34,902 bases of DNA from a virus. Below are positions 12,761 through 21,562 of this stretch, in pieces (position 1 is the stretch's first letter; the number at the start of each line of letters is the position of its first letter). The position numbers and the translations under genes are program-made. The stretch is from the IMG/VR virus record IMGVR_UViG_3300017742_000046, positions 1-34,902 of that record. One strand, written 5' to 3'. Under the pieces are notes generated by a model. The model was not told the DNA's origin, ran no database searches, and saw only the letters and a list, made by a program, of their open reading frames with translations.

Positions 12761-13425
12761 TATCTGTCTCCTTCAGCCCATTTTCGTAGGCGCTCTTTCA
12801 TAATCCAGATCGACATCAGGACACCAAGGCCAGCGAAGCCGAGAACGATATACTGAGCCGTGCTATCAAGCGCACTGAGTGCCGTCACGGCTGATCCGGT
12901 GGCAGAGGCAGCGGCGACCACAGATGCCTGCACAGTCTTGCTCTGTGCGGCGTTTGTGCGAGCGGGTGCGGGCGCTTTCCTGAAACCTGTCGAGAGGAAC
13001 AGACCGACCTCAGCTTCTCGTCGGTTGACCAAGCCTTTCACGACCTTGCCGCCAGCCTTGTTCCACCTGCGCATGGATTTCGGCACACGATCTTTGTCGC
13101 CCGCATTGAAGTGCCGCAGAGCGGATGACTTGCGGAATGCCCTCGGGCCGATGTTGTAAGCTAGCGAGGTAAACGCGCCAAGCTGGTTCTCGTTGATGTC
13201 AGCAATGATTGCTGGCTTGATCTCCGCGAGAAACTTTTCAATGACTTGCTCAAGATACCAATCGGCCTCGGCTTGGGTGATTGTGGTGTCAGGACCAACT
13301 TCGATGAAGCCAGCGCGTGATGTCAAACCGTAGCCGACAGTCCAGACGCCCGCCGGGCATTTATACGCCTTCAATTTGCAGCCCTCCCAGCGCTTAATGA
13401 GATCGATTGAGGCTTGGTTCAGCAT
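12760..13425 (-). CDS. GH24 (lambda/T4-type) lysozyme endolysin with a C-terminal TM segment
   Basis: 221 aa from ATG 13425. LIKRWEGCKLKAYKCPAGVWTVGYG...NQLGAFTSLAYNIG...KGLVNRREAEVGLF. C-terminal hydrophobic helix AQYIVLGFAGLGVLMSIWIM. Confidence 0.9.
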   Translation of the reverse strand: MLNQASIDLIKRWEGCKLKAYKCPAGVWTVGYGLTSRAGFIEVGPDTTITQAEADWYLEQVIEKFLAEIKPAIIADINENQLGAFTSLAYNIGPRAFRKSSALRHFNAGDKDRVPKSMRRWNKAGGKVVKGLVNRREAEVGLFLSTGFRKAPAPARTNAAQSKTVQASVVAAASATGSAVTALSALDSTAQYIVLGFAGLGVLMSIWIMKERLRKWAEGDR

Positions 13426-13426
13426 A

Positions 13427-13705
13427 TCATCCTCCAGAGCGGAATTTAAAAAAGATAAGACCGACAGCAGCGGTGGCCACGATCCAGAATAACCGCTCCG
13501 CAAAGCGCAGCGCTTGCCCATTGCTTCCGACGCGGTTTTCCACAAGCGACAAGCGTCGTTCTTGAGCGGACTGCTCATTATCAAGCGTGTCCATCCGCTT
13601 GAACAACGTAATCATTCGCTCTTCCATGCGGGCCAGCGCAACTATAGCTTCGGACATATTGTCTAGCTTGCTTTCAATACGCTCTAGGCGGTGATCGTCG
13701 TTCAT
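13427..13705 (-). CDS. Coiled-coil protein with a C-terminal TM helix (lysis-cassette associated; holin/antiholin-like role unproven)
   Basis: 92 aa. LERIESKLDNMSEAIVALARMEERMITLFKRMDTLDNEQ is followed by LFWIVATAAVGLIFFKF. Its stop lies 1 nt from the endolysin ATG. Confidence 0.5.
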   Translation of the reverse strand: MNDDHRLERIESKLDNMSEAIVALARMEERMITLFKRMDTLDNEQSAQERRLSLVENRVGSNGQALRFAERLFWIVATAAVGLIFFKFRSGG

Positions 13706-13803
13706 ATCAGTACAACCCTTTTCGTTCTGTGTACTGTGGAAGCTAACATAACCCAGCCTCGCTATGTATTAGGGAAAACCCGTAGAGGTTATCTGATTTC
13801 TGA

Positions 13804-14049
13804 TTACTCAGCAGCACTTCGAGCGTCAGTGCTATTAGACTGTCTGTGCTGCCAGACTTTCTTGAGCCAGATGGTTGCGACCAGAACCAGCACAGATGAT
13901 GCAACCCAAGCCCACAGGATAGCGCCAGGCACCATGCCGACAAACATGCCAGCATAGGTCAACCCAACAAGCGAAACCGCTATGTGTTGGGCTGGACCAT
14001 TTGCGCTTCTGATAGCTTGGTATGCTCCGTGCAGTCCTAGAGGTCGCAT
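13804..14049 (-). CDS. Candidate holin (two TM helices, charged C-terminus)
   Basis: 81 aa from ATG 14049; the track start at 14070 is a TTG. TM helices: HIAVSLVGLTYAGMFVGMV and GAILWAWVASSVLVLVATIWL. The tail is KKVWQHRQSNSTDARSAAE. Confidence 0.55.
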   Translation of the reverse strand: MRPLGLHGAYQAIRSANGPAQHIAVSLVGLTYAGMFVGMVPGAILWAWVASSVLVLVATIWLKKVWQHRQSNSTDARSAAE

Positions 14050-14051
14050 AA

Positions 14052-14345
14052 TTACATCCGATTTGGCCAAACGTCGTAGCCGTTTATTGATGCAACAGCT
14101 GTGCCTGACGTGTAGTCGCCAGTGTCGATACCAACGCGGTAATAGTTCAGGATCGGATCGTAACCAACTTCCTCAGAAGGTGCTGTGAAGGTGTCTACAT
14201 CACGCCAGGTTGTGCCATCTTCAGAACGCTGAACGGTGACAGTAGCGGAGAATGTGCCGCTGATGGAAAGGTTGAAGCTGCCAACAACTTGGATCGCATC
14301 TGACCAAGTATCTGCTGCGCCTGCTGAGACTGAAGTTTTGGGCAT
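14052..14345 (-). CDS. Hypothetical small beta-rich protein
   Basis: 97 aa (GSFNLSISGTFSATVTVQRSEDGTTWRDVDTF). An AAGGAGG RBS precedes ATG 14345. Confidence 0.6.
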   Translation of the reverse strand: MPKTSVSAGAADTWSDAIQVVGSFNLSISGTFSATVTVQRSEDGTTWRDVDTFTAPSEEVGYDPILNYYRVGIDTGDYTSGTAVASINGYDVWPNRM

Positions 14346-14438
14346 GATCGCCTCCTTATTTCAAAGTTACTGGACAGAACACCGATCCAAACACGGTGCC
14401 GAAAACGGTGAACACGGGCTGTATCGGCTCGCGTTCCA

Positions 14439-14693
14439 TTATTCTGCCGCCTGTGCTGAGGCGTATGCTGCCTTGACTTCGTCGGTAAACACCGTGCTGG
14501 CAATCGAAACCATGTCTGCATCTTCTGCCGATAGGTCAGCATCAGGTTTCAGCACATGGCGGTGGAAGGTACGAGAAATTTCTACGCCATCCTCTGCGAT
14601 TACAGTTGCTGTTCGAACTTGCACCACGGGATAACCCGCAGCCAGTTGCAATATCTCGATCTTGTCGTTGGTAGTTGCTTTAGTTAGAGCCAT
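14439..14693 (-). CDS. Hypothetical protein
   Basis: 84 aa from ATG 14693 (MALTKATTNDK...), with an AAGGAG RBS 5 nt upstream. Confidence 0.6.
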   Translation of the reverse strand: MALTKATTNDKIEILQLAAGYPVVQVRTATVIAEDGVEISRTFHRHVLKPDADLSAEDADMVSIASTVFTDEVKAAYASAQAAE

Positions 14694-14732
14694 GTTTATC
14701 TCCTTGGCTGGACTGTCCACGCACTAGGCGCA

Positions 14733-16349
14733 TTACCCATTGTTTGCGATAGTTGTGTTGGTAGCAGAACCAGAACTAATGTCGCCTGTTGCTGTACCGT
14801 CGATTATATTGCCAACAACAACGACCTTATTCGTAGTCCCCAATACTACACCATAGTCCCCGTTATAAATGCTGTTACCACTAATTACTGCATTGGATAT
14901 ACCAGCACCAGAGCTTACAAATTCAATGTTGTGGTCAGGAGTATCATTGGTAAGAGATAACGCATTCCCCGTAATAGCCACCCTAGATATTTCACCAGTT
15001 GTTGCAGTAGACTGTAAACGAATACAAGAGTTGCCAGAAGCAATGCTTATGGTGTTCCCAGTAATTGCGGTATCAAGGATATCATTACCATTTGCTGTAA
15101 TGATGATACCATTTGATGAACTGTTGGAAATGCTATTGTTGGCGATTGTAAGACCTCTAATACCTTCCCTATCAGCATCTTGCGTATTAACAGAAATACC
15201 AGAATCAGTCCCAACATTATTGATGATGTTGTCGGAAATAACGTAAGTGATCGTATCAGTCCCAGCTGTATCTAAAACACCTGTTTGGATTAAGACGCCG
15301 TGTCGAACAGCACTGTCGATAATGTTGTTGCAGATTATTGCTCGACCTCCTTGCACAACTATACCATCGTCAGATAACGCCGCAAAAACGTCAGGAACAT
15401 GCGTTCCGACATTATTACTATAGTTTATAAAGTCTGTTGGAGAGTGTGCATCCAACATAGCATCTTTCATCCCGTTGAATGTGCAATTCTGAGCAGTGAT
15501 AAAACGATTTATTCCTTCAGACCCGCCTGTGGTTACACCATGCCGCAGAAGCTCAAACGTACAGTTTGTCACTGTCATATAGTGAGTGCCTTTAGAAGCC
15601 GACGTACCATAACCAAAACCACTTCGATCTGCATTGGTGAAGTAGCAGTTGCTTACATGGATGTGGGCAGATCTAGTAAATCTTGATAGGCGTGTATCAA
15701 ATTTTTCAAATCTACAACTCTCTAAGTTTACATTTCTGCACTTCTCAAAGTCTGCCCCAATTTGCCCTGCTGGAGTAACTGCGTCATCCTTACCAATAAG
15801 CCTAATGTTTCTTAGGGTAATATTTTCTTTGCCATGTATCTTGGAAAGAGTGGCAGTGTTTGCTGTGGTATAAGGAGTGAAAAAACCTGAAACCATAGTC
15901 ACAGATGTTCCAGAAACCGACTTAACAAAGTTAATCTCTGATCTGGAAACTCCTGTTACAAAATCTTGAGTGTCTGTGATGTAAACCATATCACCTTCAG
16001 ACAACGTGGCTGCATCACCAGAGCTTAAAGATAAAACTCTATCACCAAAGGCTACGTTAGCAGTTAAAGAGAAAGGGCTATCTTGGGTTCCCATTGCCTC
16101 TAAGCAAGCCACAGCATCTGTATCAAACGTGAGAGTTGCGTTTTGGAAAACAACATCTGAAGGCATTTCTATAGTTGAGGAAACCTTGTATGTTTTACCA
16201 CCACCATCTAGGACGTAGTTAGCTGCTGCTGTCATAGCAGCCTGTACAGCAACAGTGTCATCTGCTACACCATCACCTACAGCATTGAACTGAGAAGGTG
16301 TGATGAACACATCTTCCAGCATACGGACATTTGCTTTTGTTAGTGCCAT
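14733..16349 (-). CDS. Right-handed parallel beta-helix tailspike / polysaccharide depolymerase (pectate-lyase-like)
   Basis: 538 aa. N-terminal FNAVGDGVADDTVAVQAAM motif. Repeated coils: ISDNIINN, IANNSISN, ITGNTISI, ITGNALSL, ISGNSIYN, VVGNIIDG. GC is about 40%. Confidence 0.8.
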   Translation of the reverse strand: MALTKANVRMLEDVFITPSQFNAVGDGVADDTVAVQAAMTAAANYVLDGGGKTYKVSSTIEMPSDVVFQNATLTFDTDAVACLEAMGTQDSPFSLTANVAFGDRVLSLSSGDAATLSEGDMVYITDTQDFVTGVSRSEINFVKSVSGTSVTMVSGFFTPYTTANTATLSKIHGKENITLRNIRLIGKDDAVTPAGQIGADFEKCRNVNLESCRFEKFDTRLSRFTRSAHIHVSNCYFTNADRSGFGYGTSASKGTHYMTVTNCTFELLRHGVTTGGSEGINRFITAQNCTFNGMKDAMLDAHSPTDFINYSNNVGTHVPDVFAALSDDGIVVQGGRAIICNNIIDSAVRHGVLIQTGVLDTAGTDTITYVISDNIINNVGTDSGISVNTQDADREGIRGLTIANNSISNSSSNGIIITANGNDILDTAITGNTISIASGNSCIRLQSTATTGEISRVAITGNALSLTNDTPDHNIEFVSSGAGISNAVISGNSIYNGDYGVVLGTTNKVVVVGNIIDGTATGDISSGSATNTTIANNG

Positions 16350-16360
16350 CTTTTAATCCT

Positions 16361-16936
16361 TTATGCAGCTCTGTATGAAACAACAAAATTTAACAAGGAG
16401 CTGACACCTATCGTGTTAAAGCTTAACTGAGTGCTTGAGCTATTTCTAAGCTCAAGTCGGTTTGAGCTATCGATGCTCACAAGTATGTCTGCTACACCAC
16501 CAGAATTATAAGTAAGATAAGCACCGCCAAGAGGAGAGGTTGCTGGAACGAATGGAAGGCCACTAAATCTTGCTACAGAACCATCTGCTGTTCCATCAAG
16601 TTGAACAGAACCTTCTAAGATTACTTGCTGCCCTATCTTTGTGTATTTTCCAGATGTTGTCGGTGTCCCTGAATAAGAAAGAACATTAGGCGTCCAGCCC
16701 CCTTCTTCATAGTCATCAAACAGTTCACTTGTGCCAGTGCCAGAGGTGGCGGAGAAGTCGATGCCTTTACCATCGGTCAGCACCACGTTGCCATCCTTAA
16801 GCGTGACGCCATCTAACGTAATACCTGCCGCGCCAGTTTTCTCAACAATCTGATCAACCGTTAGCGTTCCGTCCACAGTGACGTTGTTGAATGTCGGGTT
16901 GCGACCAAAGATGCCGCCTTGTTGTTTGATGGTCAT
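16361..16936 (-). CDS. Tail fibre-like protein
   Basis: 191 aa. The N-terminus GGIFGRNPTFNNVTVDGTLTV...ITLDGVTLKDGNV...SELFDDYEEGGWTP is a common phage fibre motif. The C-terminal half is AT-rich. Confidence 0.6.
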   Translation of the reverse strand: MTIKQQGGIFGRNPTFNNVTVDGTLTVDQIVEKTGAAGITLDGVTLKDGNVVLTDGKGIDFSATSGTGTSELFDDYEEGGWTPNVLSYSGTPTTSGKYTKIGQQVILEGSVQLDGTADGSVARFSGLPFVPATSPLGGAYLTYNSGGVADILVSIDSSNRLELRNSSSTQLSFNTIGVSSLLNFVVSYRAA

Positions 16937-16946
16937 TCCTGCCTCC

Positions 16947-17780
16947 TTACGGCACTAGGTTAATGATCGTGGTTACGGTTCCACCGACCACAGTCGCCAC
17001 ACCGAATGAAAAGAATTTGCCTGTCACCGTTCCAGTGATCGCGTATGATGCCGCTGGAACACAAACGGCCTGCGGATTGGTCGCAGACCAAGCTGCGTTA
17101 AAGGCTGCCGTATCATCCGTCACGCCATCACCGACAGCACCGAAGTCTTTGACCGATACAGTCTCTTGCAGCTTGGCTTTGACTGTTGTGTTGACTGCGC
17201 TCAGACCGCCTTGGTTATACGAAACCTGACCAGCAGCCAGACCGCCGACCAGTGGGCTTTCCTGTGAAACAATTTCAATGCCAGCATTCAACGGTGGCGC
17301 TTCAGAAAACGTGATGTTGCTGCCGCTAATCGTGTAAGTGTCTTTCTCCTGATAGACACCATCAATGTAGACGTTTGTTGCGTTCCTGGTGGCTGGCGAA
17401 GCGCCCATGCCGAATACGGTTGTTGTGCCATCGCCAGTCTGGTCTTGCACCGTCACAGAACCAGATGTTGCTGTCGCTGGATCGACGCCATATCCAACAG
17501 GGCTATAGATCACCAGAGCGTTGTTCTTGTCGCGGATTGTCACTGAGAACTGGCTGTCAGCGTAGATCAGCGCAGGCGAACCGTTGCGCATGACATAGCC
17601 GTTAGACGTGCGCAGAGGCTGTGCCGCAGGCTGCGTGAGCGCGCTGTCGTAATAGACTTGGATCGGGTTCGTTTCGGGGTTTTTGTTGACCTCGCCGAAA
17701 TACAGATACCCATTATCAAGGGGATCACCGCTCTTGTCAGTGAAGATGGGATACGGAGGTGCGAGTTGCGTAAGTGCCAT
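16947..17780 (-). CDS. Tailspike adaptor: P22 gp9-like head-binding domain plus a short pectate-lyase-type stub
   Basis: 277 aa. PYPIFTDKSGDPLDNGYLYFGEVNKNPETNPIQVYYDS..QPLRTSNGYV parallels the P22 gp9 N-terminus (PRPIFTES..NGKIYIGQ..NQIPVY..QPL), recalled from memory. The C-terminus VKDFGAVGDGVTDDTAAFNAAW is followed by only about 45 more aa. Confidence 0.65.
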   Translation of the reverse strand: MALTQLAPPYPIFTDKSGDPLDNGYLYFGEVNKNPETNPIQVYYDSALTQPAAQPLRTSNGYVMRNGSPALIYADSQFSVTIRDKNNALVIYSPVGYGVDPATATSGSVTVQDQTGDGTTTVFGMGASPATRNATNVYIDGVYQEKDTYTISGSNITFSEAPPLNAGIEIVSQESPLVGGLAAGQVSYNQGGLSAVNTTVKAKLQETVSVKDFGAVGDGVTDDTAAFNAAWSATNPQAVCVPAASYAITGTVTGKFFSFGVATVVGGTVTTIINLVP

Positions 17781-17839
17781 TTATTGTGTCCCCTTGCTCT
17801 GCAAGTCTTTTATCATAAAAAAGGGTGCTTTGGATAGGT

Positions 17840-20053
17840 TCATTGCTGGCCACCAACCGTCATGCGACCCGTGAATGGAATACGCGGCCCAAGTTCTTCT
17901 TCCTGAGAAAGAACAGCACCAGTTCCAGCGCCGACAGCAGGTGCCGTGATTTGACGTGGCGCAGCCCTCTGAGCCGTTGATTGCGCTGCTCTCATGGCAC
18001 CGTAAGGCTCTCGAATAATTTGACCAACGACGTTATTAATTATAGCTTTCCCAGGCCCACTTGCGGCAAGCATAGCTGCAAGTTTCTGAATTAACCCCAT
18101 AGCTTGATTTGAACTGTTAGAAGCATTAACGGCAGTGTTGGTTGCGCGTGCAGCCACATTTGAGAACTGCGTAATAAGATCTCTTTCCTCTTTGGAGAAA
18201 AGATTATTCACAACGCCAAGGTTCTCAGTTTTCAAATTCTCCCAAGCCTTTTTGAACTTAACGCCAGAAACAACTTGCTCACCTTCGCGGAAAACGCCCT
18301 CTGCCTCTTTTGACAAGCGAATAAACGCCTCTTGGCGAAGTGCATTCCACTCAGGTGTTGGCAAGTTTTTCTTCAAGTTCAAGAGATCTCTGGCAAGGTT
18401 TGTTTTCTTAGCCAGACCAGATGCAGTTGAGGTGAAGATTGCGTTTGCGGCGCTTTCTGGGGCAACTTTAAGTCTGCGCGCGGTTCCAGTTCCAACTTCA
18501 TCTGTCAGAATACCAAGCATTCCACCCTTGCTGTCCCACTTAGATTTATACTGACCCCAGTTTTTGACAGCTTGCTGCCACACATCAATGGCCGCTTGGT
18601 CCCCAATCACCAATTGATTGTCGATCGCATCAGACAATCTCTGGTCAAACATTCTAAGAACATCAGTTGCAGCAGCGCCTTCAGTGTCTGGCTCACCTTT
18701 TCTGAGGTTGCTAACCCGCGTCCGCCACGACTGCAAAGACTTGATGTCGCCACCATTCAGCATGATGTCATCAAGATCCGTCAGAAGCGCATCCATCTTG
18801 GGCGCGGTGGCTGGAGTGAAGCCCTCACGGTAACTTACCCTTGCAGCTTCAGCAAAGTCCAAAGCCTCATCTGGCTTCAAAACAGCAGCGCCCGAAGCCC
18901 TTGCTTGCTTGTAAAGATCAGACGCACGCGCGCGATCGCCCTCACGGGCCGCTACAAGCGCCTCTTGAGCCAGCCTGCCACCTTCCCCCTTGGAGATAGG
19001 GGCAGCGTCTGGAGCAAGGCGCTCAGTAAGCGCACCGATGTTTTCACGAAGAGCCTCTTGCTGACCTTGCTGGAAAGTCTTCATTTGCTGTTCAGCAGAT
19101 CGTCCCATAACGCCACTAGCCATAGCATCTTCAGCAAGCTGTTGACCCTTGCTTCCAGTGACCTGACCAGCAGTCATAGGAACCTCTACAGGAAGCCCTG
19201 TGGACATAGCGGATACACCAGCAGCCTCTGGCTCAACACCACGTCGAACTTGCTTTTGAATTTCAGCAGCAACATTGGCGGAAACTTCATCTGGGTTTAA
19301 TCCAGCATCTTGAGCAATCTTGGCTGGACCTGGAAGAAGACGCCCGTCAGGGCCAAGAACGCTTTCTGGACCACTGCGCCGCGCTATGTTGACCAAAGAC
19401 CCGACAAGATTGAACAGTTTTTCTCCAGCAACACCACCAGCAGCACCAAGCGGAACATCTGTTACTTGGAATGGAACGTCACTAAGCTGTGAACTTGCGG
19501 CTTCGACCAATCCCGCCTCAGTCGCCCCTACAGCCGCAGCGCCCTTGACACCAGTTGTAGTTACGCCAAGAGCCTTTAGCCCACGACCAATAGGAGTTGC
19601 AGCAGCAATAGCACCAGAAACCTGCAATCCCTCAGTTAATCCAAGACCAGGCTCATTAGGGTAAACGCGAGTAAATTGACCCGTTTTTTCACCGTCCCGA
19701 TATAAAGGAAGCACCGCAATTAAACGGCCAGCTTCATCTTCACTAAATTCCGCTTCTGGTTCAATCCTTGCTATTCCGCTGCGCAGACGATCGGGACTGC
19801 GTGTTGTCGCAAGGAGCGCGGTCATCTCAGCCGCTTTTGCTGGAGGCAAACCTAAATTGGCACTTGAAATATCAGCCACTGAAGGATCAGCGTCAGATCC
19901 AGTCACAGAAGTCCAGAAACGTGAAAGAACGCTTTCTTTTTTTTCCGTCATTCCACTGGTCATTTTCTTAAAAGCAGCAAGTGCTTGCTCTTGCGTTTCC
20001 GCTGTGACCTTGTAGCTGACGCCATTTTCATCTGTGAGTTTAAACTCAGCCAT
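17840..20053 (-). CDS. Large internal virion / ejection protein (positional analogue of P22 gp16)
   Basis: 737 aa, Ala/Gly-rich. It is the last of three genes of increasing size that follow the order of P22 gp7-gp20-gp16. Confidence 0.5.
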   Translation of the reverse strand: MAEFKLTDENGVSYKVTAETQEQALAAFKKMTSGMTEKKESVLSRFWTSVTGSDADPSVADISSANLGLPPAKAAEMTALLATTRSPDRLRSGIARIEPEAEFSEDEAGRLIAVLPLYRDGEKTGQFTRVYPNEPGLGLTEGLQVSGAIAAATPIGRGLKALGVTTTGVKGAAAVGATEAGLVEAASSQLSDVPFQVTDVPLGAAGGVAGEKLFNLVGSLVNIARRSGPESVLGPDGRLLPGPAKIAQDAGLNPDEVSANVAAEIQKQVRRGVEPEAAGVSAMSTGLPVEVPMTAGQVTGSKGQQLAEDAMASGVMGRSAEQQMKTFQQGQQEALRENIGALTERLAPDAAPISKGEGGRLAQEALVAAREGDRARASDLYKQARASGAAVLKPDEALDFAEAARVSYREGFTPATAPKMDALLTDLDDIMLNGGDIKSLQSWRTRVSNLRKGEPDTEGAAATDVLRMFDQRLSDAIDNQLVIGDQAAIDVWQQAVKNWGQYKSKWDSKGGMLGILTDEVGTGTARRLKVAPESAANAIFTSTASGLAKKTNLARDLLNLKKNLPTPEWNALRQEAFIRLSKEAEGVFREGEQVVSGVKFKKAWENLKTENLGVVNNLFSKEERDLITQFSNVAARATNTAVNASNSSNQAMGLIQKLAAMLAASGPGKAIINNVVGQIIREPYGAMRAAQSTAQRAAPRQITAPAVGAGTGAVLSQEEELGPRIPFTGRMTVGGQQ

Positions 20054-20056
20054 CCA

Positions 20057-21562
20057 TCAGCCCCCGATTTTCTCAATGATAACACCATCAATCACGACAG
20101 CACTGCCAGATGTATCACCACCGCCAATAATTGACCTGATCTCCGAAAGAGGATCTGACAACTCAAGTGAAGCATTCCTACCTGCGCTTGGGCTGAGAAT
20201 AAGCCCAGCTTCCTCAAGAGCCGCCCGATCTTCTTTTGGCGTCAAAGCATAATCAGCAACCTTTGATGCAATTACACCCAGTGCAATGTCATGCTCATTC
20301 ATTTTTCGAATGGTGTTGATGATACGCTGGTTGCCGCCTGGCTGGTTAATCAGGCCTGGCAGAGATCTCTTGAACAAAGCCAAATCTGCATCAGACATAG
20401 TTCCTGATCCTGGCGCACGTTGCTCTGGAACAAGTCGATTGATTGCGGCTTCAGCAGCTTGAATAAGATCCAAGCCCTCAGTCGCAATGCCAAACCTACC
20501 AAGATAAGACTTCACTGAAGTCCCAGCACCAGTTTGCACTTCTGACAAGATTTGCTCTAGGTCATCAATTTGCGCGCTTGTTCTGCGTGCCTTAATGCCC
20601 AAATCAATTTCGTTTGAAACTCTTGTAGCTTCTTTTTTGGAAAACTCTTTTGCAAAAGTCCCCTCTGCATCACCTAAAACATTTGTAATTGTGTTTGTTG
20701 CAGTTTTTTTAGAAGCGGTTTCAAAATGTTCTTGCGTAATTTTATCAGCGTTTAAGTCAGCGACCAATTTACCCATTGTAGATAGTGGGTCTTCACTGAG
20801 ACCAGCTTTTGCAGTCATTGCCTCTTCATATTGGCCATCACCACCCTCATCACGAGGAACGATGCCAGCTGCGCGAAGCTGTGCATCAGTGGTGCGGAAC
20901 GCTTCCGTTTTCTTAACATCACCGCCACCGAAAGCACTTTTATGCCACTTTTCAAATTCATCAAAAGGCATTATTGTAAGCAATGGAATGGAAACTTCTG
21001 CTCCCAAGGACAGAGGATCTTCTTCAAGTTTTATAAGCTGTGCCTGATACGCTGCCGCACCTGCATCATCACCAGAAGCAGTTGCCGCATCCAATCGTTC
21101 TTGGAGAATATTTCTTGCTACATCCGTGTTGCCTCGACCAATAGCAAAGCCAAGCTGCTGACCAAATTGCATTTCGTTGCCAAGGCGCTCTTCACTGAAG
21201 CTGTTTGCAAGTGATTGGAAGCGCTCAGAAACTTGGGGGAACTCAACCATAGCGCGGCGCAAGTCAGAAGCCGTGGCCGTTCCAGCCTCTTGCTTATCCA
21301 AGTATTCAAGCAATGCTTGCTGGCCGCGCGCTGCTTGCTCACGCTGTGCTTGAGCCTGTGCTGCTGCCGCCTGCTGTTGCCGAATGGCCCTAGCACGATC
21401 TTCCCTTGCCAGCGCAAATTTTTCTTGGGCGCGCGCCTCTTGGCTTTGAGCCAGTTCACGATCCTGACGCTGACCCAGAATACCTTCGCCAAACTTTAAG
21501 CCCTGCATGTAACCCTCAATCGGGTTCAGGACGTTCATAGAATAATTGATAGGACTAACCAT
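20057..21562 (-). CDS. Internal virion / ejection protein (positional analogue of P22 gp20)
   Basis: 501 aa with a Gln/Ala-rich coiled-coil N-terminus. TAATG overlap with the upstream gene. Confidence 0.5.
   Translation of the reverse strand: MVSPINYSMNVLNPIEGYMQGLKFGEGILGQRQDRELAQSQEARAQEKFALAREDRARAIRQQQAAAAQAQAQREQAARGQQALLEYLDKQEAGTATASDLRRAMVEFPQVSERFQSLANSFSEERLGNEMQFGQQLGFAIGRGNTDVARNILQERLDAATASGDDAGAAAYQAQLIKLEEDPLSLGAEVSIPLLTIMPFDEFEKWHKSAFGGGDVKKTEAFRTTDAQLRAAGIVPRDEGGDGQYEEAMTAKAGLSEDPLSTMGKLVADLNADKITQEHFETASKKTATNTITNVLGDAEGTFAKEFSKKEATRVSNEIDLGIKARRTSAQIDDLEQILSEVQTGAGTSVKSYLGRFGIATEGLDLIQAAEAAINRLVPEQRAPGSGTMSDADLALFKRSLPGLINQPGGNQRIINTIRKMNEHDIALGVIASKVADYALTPKEDRAALEEAGLILSPSAGRNASLELSDPLSEIRSIIGGGDTSGSAVVIDGVIIEKIGG

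Noticed and set aside
12522-12803. Plus-strand 93-aa very hydrophobic ORF that looks like a membrane protein inside the lysis cassette
   Set aside because: Its Phe/Leu richness is the complement of the AAG/AAA lysine codons of the minus-strand basic ORFs. It runs against the operon, has no RBS and spans three minus-strand genes.
14346-14438. Direct repeats CACCGT (x2) and CCGTGTT (x2) in the 93-bp gap before gene 14052..14345, as a possible regulator binding site or terminator
   Set aside because: The repeats are short (6-7 bp). No convincing hairpin or promoter hexamers could be built around them by eye. Left as unexplained spacer.
14693-17780. Three tail-region proteins start with MALT(K/Q): ATGs at 17780, 16349 and 14693. 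This might be a shared docking or signal peptide.
   Set aside because: Only 4-5 residues are shared and the similarity stops immediately afterwards. This is too short to distinguish from chance or a common translation-initiation preference.
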